Assembly (NCBI GenBank): GCA_946965045.2
Contig: OX337229.1
Coordinates: 310,001-374,000, forward strand
From: Epithemia pelagica
Taxonomy: Eukaryota > Protista > Bacillariophyta
Reading direction: 5' to 3'
DNA length: 64,000 nt
The notes beneath the pieces were generated by a model. It did not search any database, was not told the DNA's origin, and worked only from the letters and a program-made list of their open reading frames with translations. Each line of letters opens with the position of its first letter. Position 1 is the first letter of the stretch. The translations under genes and the position numbers were made by a program. Below, in pieces: positions 53,970-64,000 of the stretch.

Positions 53970-56298
53970 TCAAGGATCGGCGTGGTATTTGATGTCCAGT
54001 ACAGGATCCAATCCAAAGGAGCATCCATCTTCCCGTTCAATCTGCAAGATGGCCGATACACACTGAAAGGCGACATACATGCGAGTGGCATCGGGAGAAA
54101 AGGTCAATCCAGTCGTCTCGCAGTTGTAATCCATTCCATGAAGAATGATATAGTACTGTTTGGTGTCATCAATCGCATGAACGTCGCCATCGGGGTTGTC
54201 TTCGCAAAAGTACACGATGTCACGCCCACCGGCACTATCGGCGTCGCCCAATATCTTGGCAATTTGGTCCGGTTGTCCCTTGAATTCATCCCTCGTGCCG
54301 GAGGATGTGGATGTCACTGAAAAGTTCATGGCAATCAAATCCAACGTGTGCAACTCTTTTTGCGACTTGCTCACCATGTACAGAATGTTTCCCTTGACAT
54401 CAATTCCTTCCGAGAAGGGATAGTTTTGGGCACTCACTTCTCCTTGTGGGCGACTCGATACCCATTCGAATTCTCCCGTGTCACCGGCAGAAGCATTCAC
54501 GACATTGTTCTTGTAGTTCAAAAACAGGTATGTTCCACCACTCGTGAGGCGCTCCTGAATTTGTTCCGTGTGGATTGCCGAAGCGGTCCGATTCGGTATG
54601 AACTGAACAAAGAGGAACGACCACAGCAAACATAACAACCAAATTGAGAATGGACATTCTTGGGTTCAGCAGTTAGAATGTTCGCGCTGCCCTACGTACC
54701 ATGACAAGCGCCCCATTGATGGAGTCTTCGGTCGTGAAAAAGTGATACTCATCCTGGTCGGCATCGAGCCACCAGGCAATGGATTCGTAGTTTCCTCCAA
54801 TATCGACACAGTCGGTTTGCCACGACGAGGAATTGCCCGGTCGAACGGCATGATTGGGATCCACCTCATGCACACGACCTCTCGAACCACTTTCTTCGCA
54901 ACTTAACCAGGTATTCCAGGGGGACCGCCCGCCTCCGCAATTGCGCCGTGTCCACGACAAGAGCCATTCATAGCCCACCACGTCATGGTTGGCATTCAAT
55001 TCCAAACATCCCACACCACCCGAGTGGACCGTTTCCGAATTGGAGCAATAAAAGTAACCATCCGTCTCTTGTAGATTGGAGTCGAGTTTGGGAATGACGG
55101 CGGCCCCATCCGCCATGAGATGCATTTGGATACTGGACTGTCCGTCCAAGAACGCAATGGTTTGGTTTGCCGTAGTCAAGCGCTTGGATTTCAAGCCTCG
55201 GGAAAGCAACACCCCATTTTCTGGGACTTGACCATCAAACATGCCCGGAAAATACGAAACCTCTCCATTGGGACACGCATACGTGGTGGGGAATCCGGTG
55301 GGTTCCACCGAGGGCCACTGGGAAGGGGAGGCCGAGGGTGTTTGGGTTGGAGCTCCGCTGGGCAATGATGTCGGGGATAGTGTCGGAGATGCACTGGGAG
55401 ATGTTGATGGGGATAGTGTCGGCGATCCACTGGGAGATGTTGATGGGGAAAGTGTCGGAGATGCACTGGGCAACATTGACGGGAACGTTGTGGGAGATCC
55501 ACTGGGCAATGTGGACGGAGTTGTGGAAGGCAATGCTGTTGGTAAGATTGTTGGAAGTGTCGATGGAGCCTGTGAGGGGAATCGTGTGGGGTCTGTGGTC
55601 GGCACTGTAGACGGTTCCTTGCTGGGTGCGTCGGTGGGCGTGGACGATGGCACCAGGGTCGGAACCGTGGAAGGCCGGGTCGTGGGCTGGTCGGTTGGAA
55701 GTGTCGTGTGAGTCACAATGGACGAAACCAAGTCGAGCTGGGGTGGAATCCCACCCTCGGACGACGAAAAGTTCCAACCAATGGTCGAATTGGTCATGAG
55801 AATCCATCCATGGTTGAGCGTGGGTGCATCCAACCAAACTTGAACATCGGCCGTCACATCAAAGGAAGCCAACGCCGAAAAGAGAAACCGTCATGTAAAA
55901 GAAGCTTCCTCTGTTTGGTCCAGTGTCGCGAAATCCGCCGAGAGGGAGTTCCACGTACTTTGTTCCGTCCACTCTTGAGTGAAGCGATAGCCGTGCACCG
56001 GGCCAAACGCGGCATAGGTGGTTCGCAGACGCAGAGTCGCGGAAAGGAGTGTTTCATTGGGAGGAATTGAGAGCGGGCTAAACCGTAACAATCCATGGAT
56101 TTTACCTTCGCCGTCGCTTCCATCGACCGTGACGTATGCGGCAGTTCCGTACGAGGCGTCGCCATGGGCCGAGTGAAGGAACGTGTCGGAAATGGTCCAG
56201 GGTGCTGGTGCCTCGGAAGGTGGCAACGTTTGGGAATGAGAGGATAACGGCAGAGCCAAATATTGTATGATAAACAGCAAAGTGGAACAGAGAGTCAT
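53970..56298 (-). CDS. Secreted DNRLRE/CBM-like domain + Pro/Ser/Thr stalk + PhoX-like (DUF839) phosphatase; in-frame TGA at 55891-55893, intron 54603-54699
   Basis: Signal MTLCSTLLFIIQYLALPLS; DT...SYG...GLLRF...IP...SATLRL...W.E..TWN...FDVT.DVQ.W...NHGWIL; PhoX motifs SNSE, NCGGGRSPWNTWLSCEE, QPDQ, FCED, ETTGLTFSPD, YVAFQ. May be a pseudogene because of the stop. Confidence 0.8.
55358..55531 (-). repeat. 36-bp tandem repeat (four full units plus a partial) encoding PSASPTLSPSTS-type stalk
   Basis: Units start ctggg at 55358, 55394, 55430, 55466, 55502. Confidence 0.9.
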
Positions 56299-57994
56299 TG
56301 TGTTTCTGCCTATTGGGGCTTTGAGACACAAGAAGAAAGCGTCACAGTGAGCAAATTTCAACCTCTTCACGCCGAACGAATATGGACTTACTACTACTCT
56401 TCGAGCTCCGTAAGAACACTTTTGTGTGTTTTGAGAGATTCGAATCTGGTCAGAGAAGAAACATACTATCTCAACAATCGAAACCACACGTCCACAAACG
56501 CCACAAGAGGAGGCACAAGGCGAGAAATCTATCCATGTAGTATGGTCCGAAAAGGCGGTTTACATTTTTTACAGGTCTACACATCGTCATCCAATCGCCC
56601 GACTTTTTTTGAATTGTCAGAAAACTTGTGGTCCGGCAGGCGCAATTCGGGGGGAATGGGGGAAAGCCGGAGGAGGGTGAGGCTACGAGTATTCAAGAGA
56701 GAGGTTTGCGCGCACAAAATGAATGAAAGGACTGCGATTAAACCCAAGTGTTTTGTTCAGGGCATGTGTCCCCTTTCTTCTTCATGTCTCGGGCGTTGTG
56801 TCTTGTGTGTCATTGATCAATGGATGCGTCGACCGTTTCTACCCAAGAATGCCGCCTTATTGAAGAAGTTACTTGAAGATTGTCCTCATACCATGATCTT
56901 TTCGCACTGTCTAGCTAGACTACCTAGGTGTTTGTATCCTGGATGAGCGACAGGCCAGAACGACGAGTGGCCGACCAACAAGCGCATTCGACGAAATGAA
57001 GGTAGTAGGAGACATGGTCGAATGGTGAGACATATCTTACAAACGAAATCATTGGGGGAGAACATTACGAACAGATAGCATCGACGTTGACAAATCTTGC
57101 CGCCCTGGCCGTCAAGGATTCAAAACTTGACGTGGGAAAGAATGTGCCGAGCATGATTCATATATTATTCTAGTATTGACAAAGAATGAGGCACAAATCA
57201 GCCGCATTGGACGATCACATCTCAATCGATTAGGCCCTCGTCAAATCGTCGTGTTTCTCGCCGTGATTGATAGTACTGTTTCTTCTGCGTTCATCTGGAG
57301 CAGCTGCAGGAGAGAAGAGATCACCAAAGCCACGACGAGACCAAGTTTTTACGATCAGTGGTCGGATGGCACCACATCAGAGATCCGACAAGAGATGATT
57401 GGTCGGCAGACCATCTGGATCCGGAAACCTTATCCTGTATAGTACAATCTACAGGGTCGACCGTGTATCCTTCCATGACACGTTGCTTCGAACGAACGTC
57501 AAACGACATTTCGTGTTAGATCGGAGGTTCGGAAAACTGAAAAATGGGAAACAAGCGGCCATCGACAAGATGGCCCTTTGGATAATCCATAAGCAAGTAT
57601 TCGTAGTTGGCCCAGCGAAAAACTCTGCCCTACCAAATAAAAGTGGCAAACTCTATAACAAAATTTTTACTATAGACCAAAGTGTAATAAATTACTATTG
57701 CCCAGGGAACTTAATCGGAAGTGAAACATGCAGAGCAGAGTGCTATTCTGTTCCTATTGGTCGATTTCATAGTGCCCTTGCATTCGTCACCTCCCCTGCT
57801 GTTTCGAATTGCCAACAACTCTCCCCCGGGGATACGAATAACGAATAACGAATAGAGAGTTTTTGTCCACAAATCAACAACTGACATTGCGCTATTGCTC
57901 CACATCCGCCACATTATATCTACTACTTGATAAAGCGTTCTAAAAACGAGAACGTTGCAAGGTTCGAATCGAGTTGTAAATCTGAGAATTGACC

Positions 57995-59368
57995 ATGATG
58001 ACTTCGGTCCTCAAGACGTTGTTTCCTCAATTTGAAGAAGAGGAAACCAATGCTGAGGAAGAGGATCAGTCCTCCTGGTCGTCCACAACGCCCGACTTGT
58101 CCGTAATTTCCGATCTCAGTCAAAGTACCACCGAAGAAACGGGGTCCCTTGTCACATCGCAACATGACCGATTGTCCATGCTCAAAGAAGACCAAGTCGA
58201 ACATCATCCCTCTTCGGATCCCCATTTTACGTCCAAAGAAGATCAAGATGTGGCCGTCTTTTTGGGCCTAGTCGAACGCATGTCGGTCAAGAGTTTACTC
58301 TTTATTCTACAGGATCATGCCCGTTCCATGCACAACATTCATCAAGATCATTTGCAAAAGGTTTTGGAACGACAAGAAAAGAAACAGGAAGAACGCAAAC
58401 GCCGGCGGCAATGGCTCAAAGATCAACATCATCATCCACAGGGTTCCTCCACTCCCAGTAGTAGTAGTTCTACTCGACCAAAGTCGAAACGAAGAGGGTC
58501 TACGGGTGGTAGTTTGCGGGCCAAATTGCGAGAATTGGCGCCCCCTCTCTCTTCCTTTCCCGTCAAGAAAAAGTTTCGGTTTGCCGAAATCATGGGAGGT
58601 CAGCAAGTACGAACCACAGTGTACGAGATTCCTCCCGTGCAGGATCATGAAAAAAATGATTTGTGGTGGACCGAAGGCGATATGGTCCGCATGACTAAAA
58701 ATGCCTTGCGAGTCGTTCGACATTACAAAAAGAATCGTCCCGATTACGTCGAGTCCATTACCGTCTTGGCCGAATCGTACAAGTCGGATTTGGAGCCACG
58801 GGAAGTGGAACGGTACATGAAAAAACTTAGTGCCGATTCCGTGGCACGAGGATTGGAACCACATTTACTCAAATCGTTGACCACTTGTCGAATCAAGAGC
58901 ATTGATGTTGTCTTGGACGAACAAGAGAAGTTTCGACGACAACAACAACAACAACCACAACCAATCGACTCGTCTCAACATGCGACCAAGGCCTTTGCCG
59001 CCCAAGTGCAAGCCGAGGCGGTGGCCGATCGGATACGACGACGGTATCGAAAATCGTCCCAATTGTGCCGAACCTTGGCCTTGAAAATGGCCGAATGGGA
59101 TCATGTCGAAGCCCTCAAGTCCAGTCTTTCCAGTTGGGGCATGCCACCGCCCGCCCCGACCCACCGAAAATCCTCTTCTTCTTCTCCTTCTTCCTCTTGT
59201 TCTTCTCCTTCTTCTTCCCCTCGAAAGCAACCGTCCTCTCCTCATCGAAAGCATCCGTCTTCTCCCAACCGCCGGAAACAACCCGTGTCTTCTCCTCACC
59301 GAAACCAACCTCCATCTGCTCCTGTTACTCCCACCAAGAGGATAGATCGATGGAGTTCGCATGGGTAA
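57995..59368 (+). CDS. Hypothetical protein of the diatom-type 'F.F...WW...RGLE' family
   Basis: KKFRFAE...VRTTVYEI, LWWTEGDM, RGLE, YRKSSQLCRTLALKMAEWD; S/P-rich tail. Confidence 0.75.
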   Translation: MMTSVLKTLFPQFEEEETNAEEEDQSSWSSTTPDLSVISDLSQSTTEETGSLVTSQHDRLSMLKEDQVEHHPSSDPHFTSKEDQDVAVFLGLVERMSVKSLLFILQDHARSMHNIHQDHLQKVLERQEKKQEERKRRRQWLKDQHHHPQGSSTPSSSSSTRPKSKRRGSTGGSLRAKLRELAPPLSSFPVKKKFRFAEIMGGQQVRTTVYEIPPVQDHEKNDLWWTEGDMVRMTKNALRVVRHYKKNRPDYVESITVLAESYKSDLEPREVERYMKKLSADSVARGLEPHLLKSLTTCRIKSIDVVLDEQEKFRRQQQQQPQPIDSSQHATKAFAAQVQAEAVADRIRRRYRKSSQLCRTLALKMAEWDHVEALKSSLSSWGMPPPAPTHRKSSSSSPSSSCSSPSSSPRKQPSSPHRKHPSSPNRRKQPVSSPHRNQPPSAPVTPTKRIDRWSSHG

Positions 59369-60005
59369 TATTAAGAGGTCACTAGAGAATGGGGGACAAG
59401 TCCTACTCATAATTCAAAAGTTTTCTTCCGATTCCTCTTTGGCTCTACGGTTTGAACACTCGACTACTCCTAATAGGAACCTACAACGCTTCCGAGCTGT
59501 CTACAGAAGAGTCTACCTAAACCTAAGGGTGTCTGCAACAGCAAAATATAAAATATGTGAATCGATCCAATCCTAGCAATCTGCTGACTGTGACAAAAAG
59601 ACAGCACTGCGTTCCGGAATGTCATTCTATTCCAGAGAAACTACTCGATGGCATTGCGAAACGGCTCAACAAAGGAACGGAATGCTCCACAACCTATCAT
59701 ATTCAACAGAAACAAACATACTACTACAAGCGGGTCTGTTGTGTGTGTGTTCCATTCTTGTACGGGCATTTTCCGTTCCAATCACAGCACACCTACTGTG
59801 CTTTTGTTTCTTGGTTCTGGACCAAAAAAAAGAGATGTCAATCTCCCTGTCATAAGAAGGATCCACCGCCCTCTATCCTAGCATGGTTCCCCATGCGGAT
59901 CTTCTGTGTTGGTGGTTCACTGGACTCGCCCTGGTTTTCCATACATAGTTGCCTCTGATAAGGACGTGTGTGCTGTCATTGTCGTGTTCGTAATGTACCA
60001 GGAGT

Positions 60006-61319
60006 TCATGTCGTCGTGTTGTCGTTCTTGTTCTTGTCGTCGTCCACGGGCGAAAGGGGAGTCGCCAAGGCTCCTGCTTTGGGCAACTTGCCCTCTTTGC
60101 GCAATTGCTCCACCAAAAACAAGGACCTGCATCGACAGAAAGAAGAAGAAAGAGCATACACAGAAACCAACAAACAAACAGTTGTAAGATCGGCTTCTCC
60201 CAACCAAAGCACACAGTGTCACAAACAAGTCTGCGCATCGTCGTGTCTCACTGGCAGCTATAGACACTTAGAATATATCGGTATCGTTGGTAGCACGTAC
60301 ATCATGGCCTTGGCATCGCCCGACACTTTCCACACTTGATCCATGGGTACGACGCGGAGGGTAATGTATTCGCCCTCGGATCGCAATCCTTGCAATCGTC
60401 CTTGCATGGCTGTCAATTCTTGGGCCGTTACCGTCTTTTCCAAATAGAGTAATCGCAAGACCTCGTCGCATCCACCCGGACTGGGAGGCACGGCCGCACT
60501 CGGCAAATGCCACGGCCACTGCAAGGAGCAGGACTCGGGAGGACAAGTCGTAGTGCTACCATGACGCTTCGTCGAACTTGCAGCAGCATTGGCCCGGTCT
60601 CCAAAGGCCAATTCGGTCAAATCCACCAACCCATGGGGATCCACGACAATACCACATTCTTGTTGCAATTCTTGCAAGGCAATGCCCGATACCGTTTCTG
60701 TTTCGGAATCCACCATGCCGGCCGGCAATTCCCAACAGGCCACTTGTCCAATGGGAACCCGCGGTTGTTCGACCAACAAGGAATAGACTTGTTGTTGTTG
60801 GTGTTCCGTGTCGTCGTTATTGTCGTTGTGGTTGCTACAAAAGAGGGCCACGAGAATCGACACGGCACTTCCTCGCAAAAAGCAAATGCCGGGCAAGGGT
60901 TTGGATTCTTGTGGAATGACCGTTTCCGATCCATCCTCATTGACAATCACAGTGGCGAGGGTCACGTGCGATTGGAGTTTGATAAAGCCGACGCGTCGTG
61001 GTCCAAACATGTCAATCGATTGCAATTCGACCGAATGAAGTTGCAATTGTTGATATTCTTGTCGTTGTTGTTGTTGGGTTTGGTTGGCGGTAGTGTCGTC
61101 GTGAGGTGATGATGGGGAGGATACCAGAGGGACCCGACGTTCACAGCGACGACACCAAGTTTCAAAGGGTTCCGAGCGGAGGGCGGCTGTGGCCAATTCC
61201 CACGAAATGACGGATCGATCAAACGTCACGGGAACTTGTTGGTTGCGAAACGTTAACTGCAACACAGAAGAAGGAGACGGATCGGCTCCTTCGTTGTTGT
61301 TTGGTGGCGACGGTTCCAT
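60006..61319 (-). CDS. Nudix hydrolase, plant NUDX14 / ADP-sugar pyrophosphatase-like; exons 61319-60301 and 60126-60006
   Basis: FGPRRVGFIKL, LPGICFLRG, LLVEQPRVPIG, ELPAGM, SPGGCDE, GLRSEGE.I, DAKA. The 174-nt intron AT|gtacgt...atgcag|G gives the C-terminus MSLFLVEQLRKEGKLP. Confidence 0.88.
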
Positions 61320-61508
61320 GGTTCTCTTATTCAAGTCGAAATGGCGCGAAGGTGCAGGTGTAGGGTGCTGATAACCCTATCCCTTTCGTAGTACGGATGG
61401 CGGAAGCTATTGTATGCGCTGTACTTTGCAATGATAGCTATTAGTACCCGTAAGATTTTTCTGACCTCTACTACAATGAATCATTTATGATCTATCAACA
61501 TATTTCAT

Positions 61509-62186
61509 CTAGTTTGTGGTCGGTTTCTTACGTTCGATCCATTCGGCGACGGCCGGAATGGCAATGAATGTTTTGTACAAGGTGGACAAGTGCGGGTACG
61601 TAGACGAGGTCAATGTTTCTTCTGTAAAGTGACCCAATTGAATGTGATCGTACAAAATACTGAACATGGCAGTATCGCCCCACAAGGGAAAGCCAGACGG
61701 ACTGGTACTCAAATAGGCGTGATCTTTGCCCGTCGTCTTGTATTTTTGGTACAGGGCTTCAAACTTGGTCAATAGGTCAGGGACAGTCTTGGAAGCATAT
61801 TCCGCCTTTTGTTCGTCCGTGCTGGCGAACGACTTTTCAACCCAGATATTGCGAAATCCCTGGTATTCATCCGCAACGACATCTTGGACGTAGTCCTTCC
61901 ATGCATCTCCCGAATCCAACTTGTTGATACGGGCAAAGTACCGAGCCATGGCAACGTGCTGACTCAAATGCTGGCCGTCCTCTGTGTAGGCGACGGGAAC
62001 TGTTCCACAGGGATTGTCACCCGACTCGACCAGCCGTTTCTTTTCGACACCCCATACAGAATCATTGTATTGGTACAAGTCTTCTGTGTAGGGAATGCCG
62101 TAGGCGAGCAGAAAGAAGCGTAGAGTTCCTCCCCGGCCACCAATGTGACCCAAATCAAGATACTTGAATGATACAGATGTCGTCAT
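61509..62186 (-). CDS. Glutathione S-transferase (Tyr-type, sigma-like)
   Basis: FKYLDL...GRG..LRFFL..GIPYTE, NPCGTVPV, LSQHVAMARY, WGDTAMF, PAVAEW; 225 aa from the ATG at 62186. Confidence 0.9.
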   Translation of the reverse strand: MTTSVSFKYLDLGHIGGRGGTLRFFLLAYGIPYTEDLYQYNDSVWGVEKKRLVESGDNPCGTVPVAYTEDGQHLSQHVAMARYFARINKLDSGDAWKDYVQDVVADEYQGFRNIWVEKSFASTDEQKAEYASKTVPDLLTKFEALYQKYKTTGKDHAYLSTSPSGFPLWGDTAMFSILYDHIQLGHFTEETLTSSTYPHLSTLYKTFIAIPAVAEWIERKKPTTN

Positions 62187-62458
62187 AATATTGTGATGTA
62201 CACTTGTTTTAATTGTTGCAGCCGAACAGGTCAAAGTTCGATTTGTCGTGATTTTGGTTTTGTGAGAACAACCAGTCTCTCGAACACTCCGCATCACCTG
62301 TTCCTCTCGGAACATACAAGAGCGCCATAGAGCAAAATGGAGCATCTAGCGAATCTTGCCCATGAAGGTTTCGCGATAAGTATGGAGTAGATAGTACAGA
62401 GGGAAAGGTGCGATCTTTTCTCCCGACGAGAATCAGCGACCGAAACTAAAGCCGAGAC

Positions 62459-62479
62459 AACGCGCGGTCACCGCGCGTT
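62459..62479. promoter_or_regulatory. 21-bp palindrome about 270 bp upstream of the GST start
   Basis: aacgcgcggt-c-accgcgcgtt, perfect 10-bp arms. The sequence is certain; a regulatory role is inference. Confidence 0.4.
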
Positions 62480-62821
62480 CTTTTGTCTGCCCTCATCTTT
62501 TGTACGAGGTACGAGTACGAGTAGGAAGCTTTAGACAGAGAAAAAGAAAGCTTCGTTGGGTCGCTGCGACAGTAGCCGCACTTGGTTGTGGTTCTGCATT
62601 TGTAAGTTTGAGTGTACGAGACGTGTGAGAGAATTGGTCAATCAGACGAACGATTGTAGTTTGGACGAAATCTGATCGCCTCGAACAGATCTCCCCTTTA
62701 TTGCGGACAAGGACAAGCTTCAATGCTTGAATGACGATGCGGACAAGCAATACGAACAAATTCCCAAGGCTCCATCGAAGGAAATGAAGGCAAAGCAACT
62801 GCAAGAAAGATGGACGCGGTA

Positions 62822-63903
62822 AATTGTAGAACGTCCTCAGCAAGCCTTGTTGCGCTACTTTTTAACCTTGGCCGTACTGGAAGGAGCGGCAGATGATTTG
62901 ATTTTGGTCACCGGACAAGAATTGCAGCACCAATTGCAACAAGCCTTTACCGTTTCGCGCATGACAAACCACCATGACGACGACAACACTGATGCTGACG
63001 AAATGAACCTAGATCGTTGGTTTCGATATGGCCGGTTGTTGGCCGCACGTGTCTTGTGGCGTGCCACACCCATTACAGTTTTGGGACGGTTGGTGACGGT
63101 AGAAGATGAAGCCGTCCAAACGGCACTGCAAGTGCGACAAGCAGGGGCTGAGGCAGCCCTCAAGGCTCGATTGGAAGCCGAAGCCGTAGCCCATGCACGG
63201 CAACAAGAAGCCAAGGCCGAACAAGCTCGACAACGGCTCACTCGGACTCGATTAGTGGTCTTTTATCACAAACATGCTCCGGAAAAAGAAGCCAACGTTG
63301 ACAAAATATTATCAACTACGCTGGTCGATTAGAGATATTGAATGCGAAACTCTTGAAACATATGGAGAATCCTTCGAACCGGCCTTGGGGAACAACAACC
63401 AAGGGACATTGTCGAAAAACTAAAACCGGGCCAAAAGTCGGCATCTTCTACATCCACAACTGAACATGGCAAGAAACCACCATTGCCACATCCTCACAAA
63501 CGGTCCAAAAGCTTGTTGGGAGTTGGGATTGGGAGGACGAAAGAAATCCGCGACGGTGGAGGACGAAACACAAGACGATGCCGACGATGAACATGAGACT
63601 GCTGGTTCGAATCCGTTCTTATCCAAAGCTTCTCGTGTCAACCGGAAACCAGATCAAGTGGCTGTCTTTGTGGCAGCCGAGGAAGTTTTGCCGGTCGTTT
63701 GTGGATGTACCTATGGACCTCGACAACGGCGACGACAACAATCGGCAGGAACCAAGGAAGTGAAACAAGAGACTCCCAACAACGACAGTGTGAATGTGCA
63801 ATGTCATTTGGACGATGGTTCGTCCCAGTTTGCCTTGGAGCCGTTGAAGTATTTGTTGGTCGATAGTTGATCCGAAGAAGCGACGTCCGAAGTCCGAACA
63901 GGA
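62822..63903 (+). pseudogene. Decayed partial duplicate of the TBC-rhodanese gene (source about 31629-32705)
   Basis: Colinear similarity (LLRYFLTLAVLE...EPLKY); 1-bp deletion near 63313 shifts frame, further indels follow, CGA>TGA at 63868; no start or promoter portion. Confidence 0.93.
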
Positions 63904-64000
63904 TGCTGTGTCTTGGTGGCTGGTCGATCGGCCAGCGATAGACTGCTTGCTTGGACGAATCCAACCCATTTCCAAGAGGAATTGTCAATGCGATTTCGGT

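Noticed and set aside
53970-56298. Bacterial contamination as the source of the PhoX gene
   Set aside because: It contains a canonical spliceosomal intron (54603-54699) and is embedded among intron-bearing eukaryotic genes.
56263-57848. ORFs 56263-56946 and 57399-57848
   Set aside because: No coding signature; they lie in the PhoX / RGLE-family divergent intergenic region.

Overview
Eukaryotic nuclear DNA, most consistent with a diatom. The basis is short GT-AG introns (94-273 nt where both ends could be placed), bipartite signal-peptide + 'AF' plastid-targeting presequences, a DUF6824 gene and two members of a diatom-type 'WY...RGLE' family. The window holds about 24 protein-coding loci, many swollen by poly-S/T/Q/N tracts. 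Recognisable products: annexin (5' cut by the window edge), S28 serine peptidase, a tandem pair of Fringe/GT31-like proteins, long-form RNase Z, DUF6824 protein, SelD-N-terminal-like flavoprotein, TBC+rhodanese (TBC1D23-like) protein, LPAAT, PRMT5, DUS1-like synthase, PAP/fibrillin protein, bestrophin-like channel, proteasome alpha4, Pol III C11, PhoX-like phosphatase, NUDX14-like hydrolase and GST. Most notable: (1) a plastid-targeted protein that appears to be a stand-alone FtsZ C-terminal domain, head-to-head with a fibrillin carrying four EF-hand-like repeats; (2) a secreted DNRLRE/CBM + mucin stalk + PhoX fusion broken by one in-frame TGA; (3) an intact 583-bp MITE with CAAGG termini, 7-bp TSD and TGACG arrays, lying between 42-bp inverted repeats; (4) a TACTCCTA octamer seen at least ten times, always non-coding; (5) a decayed chimeric partial copy of the TBC gene 31 kb away. 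No rRNA, tRNA or CRISPR array was seen. All family calls come from motif recognition by eye; no database search was run.
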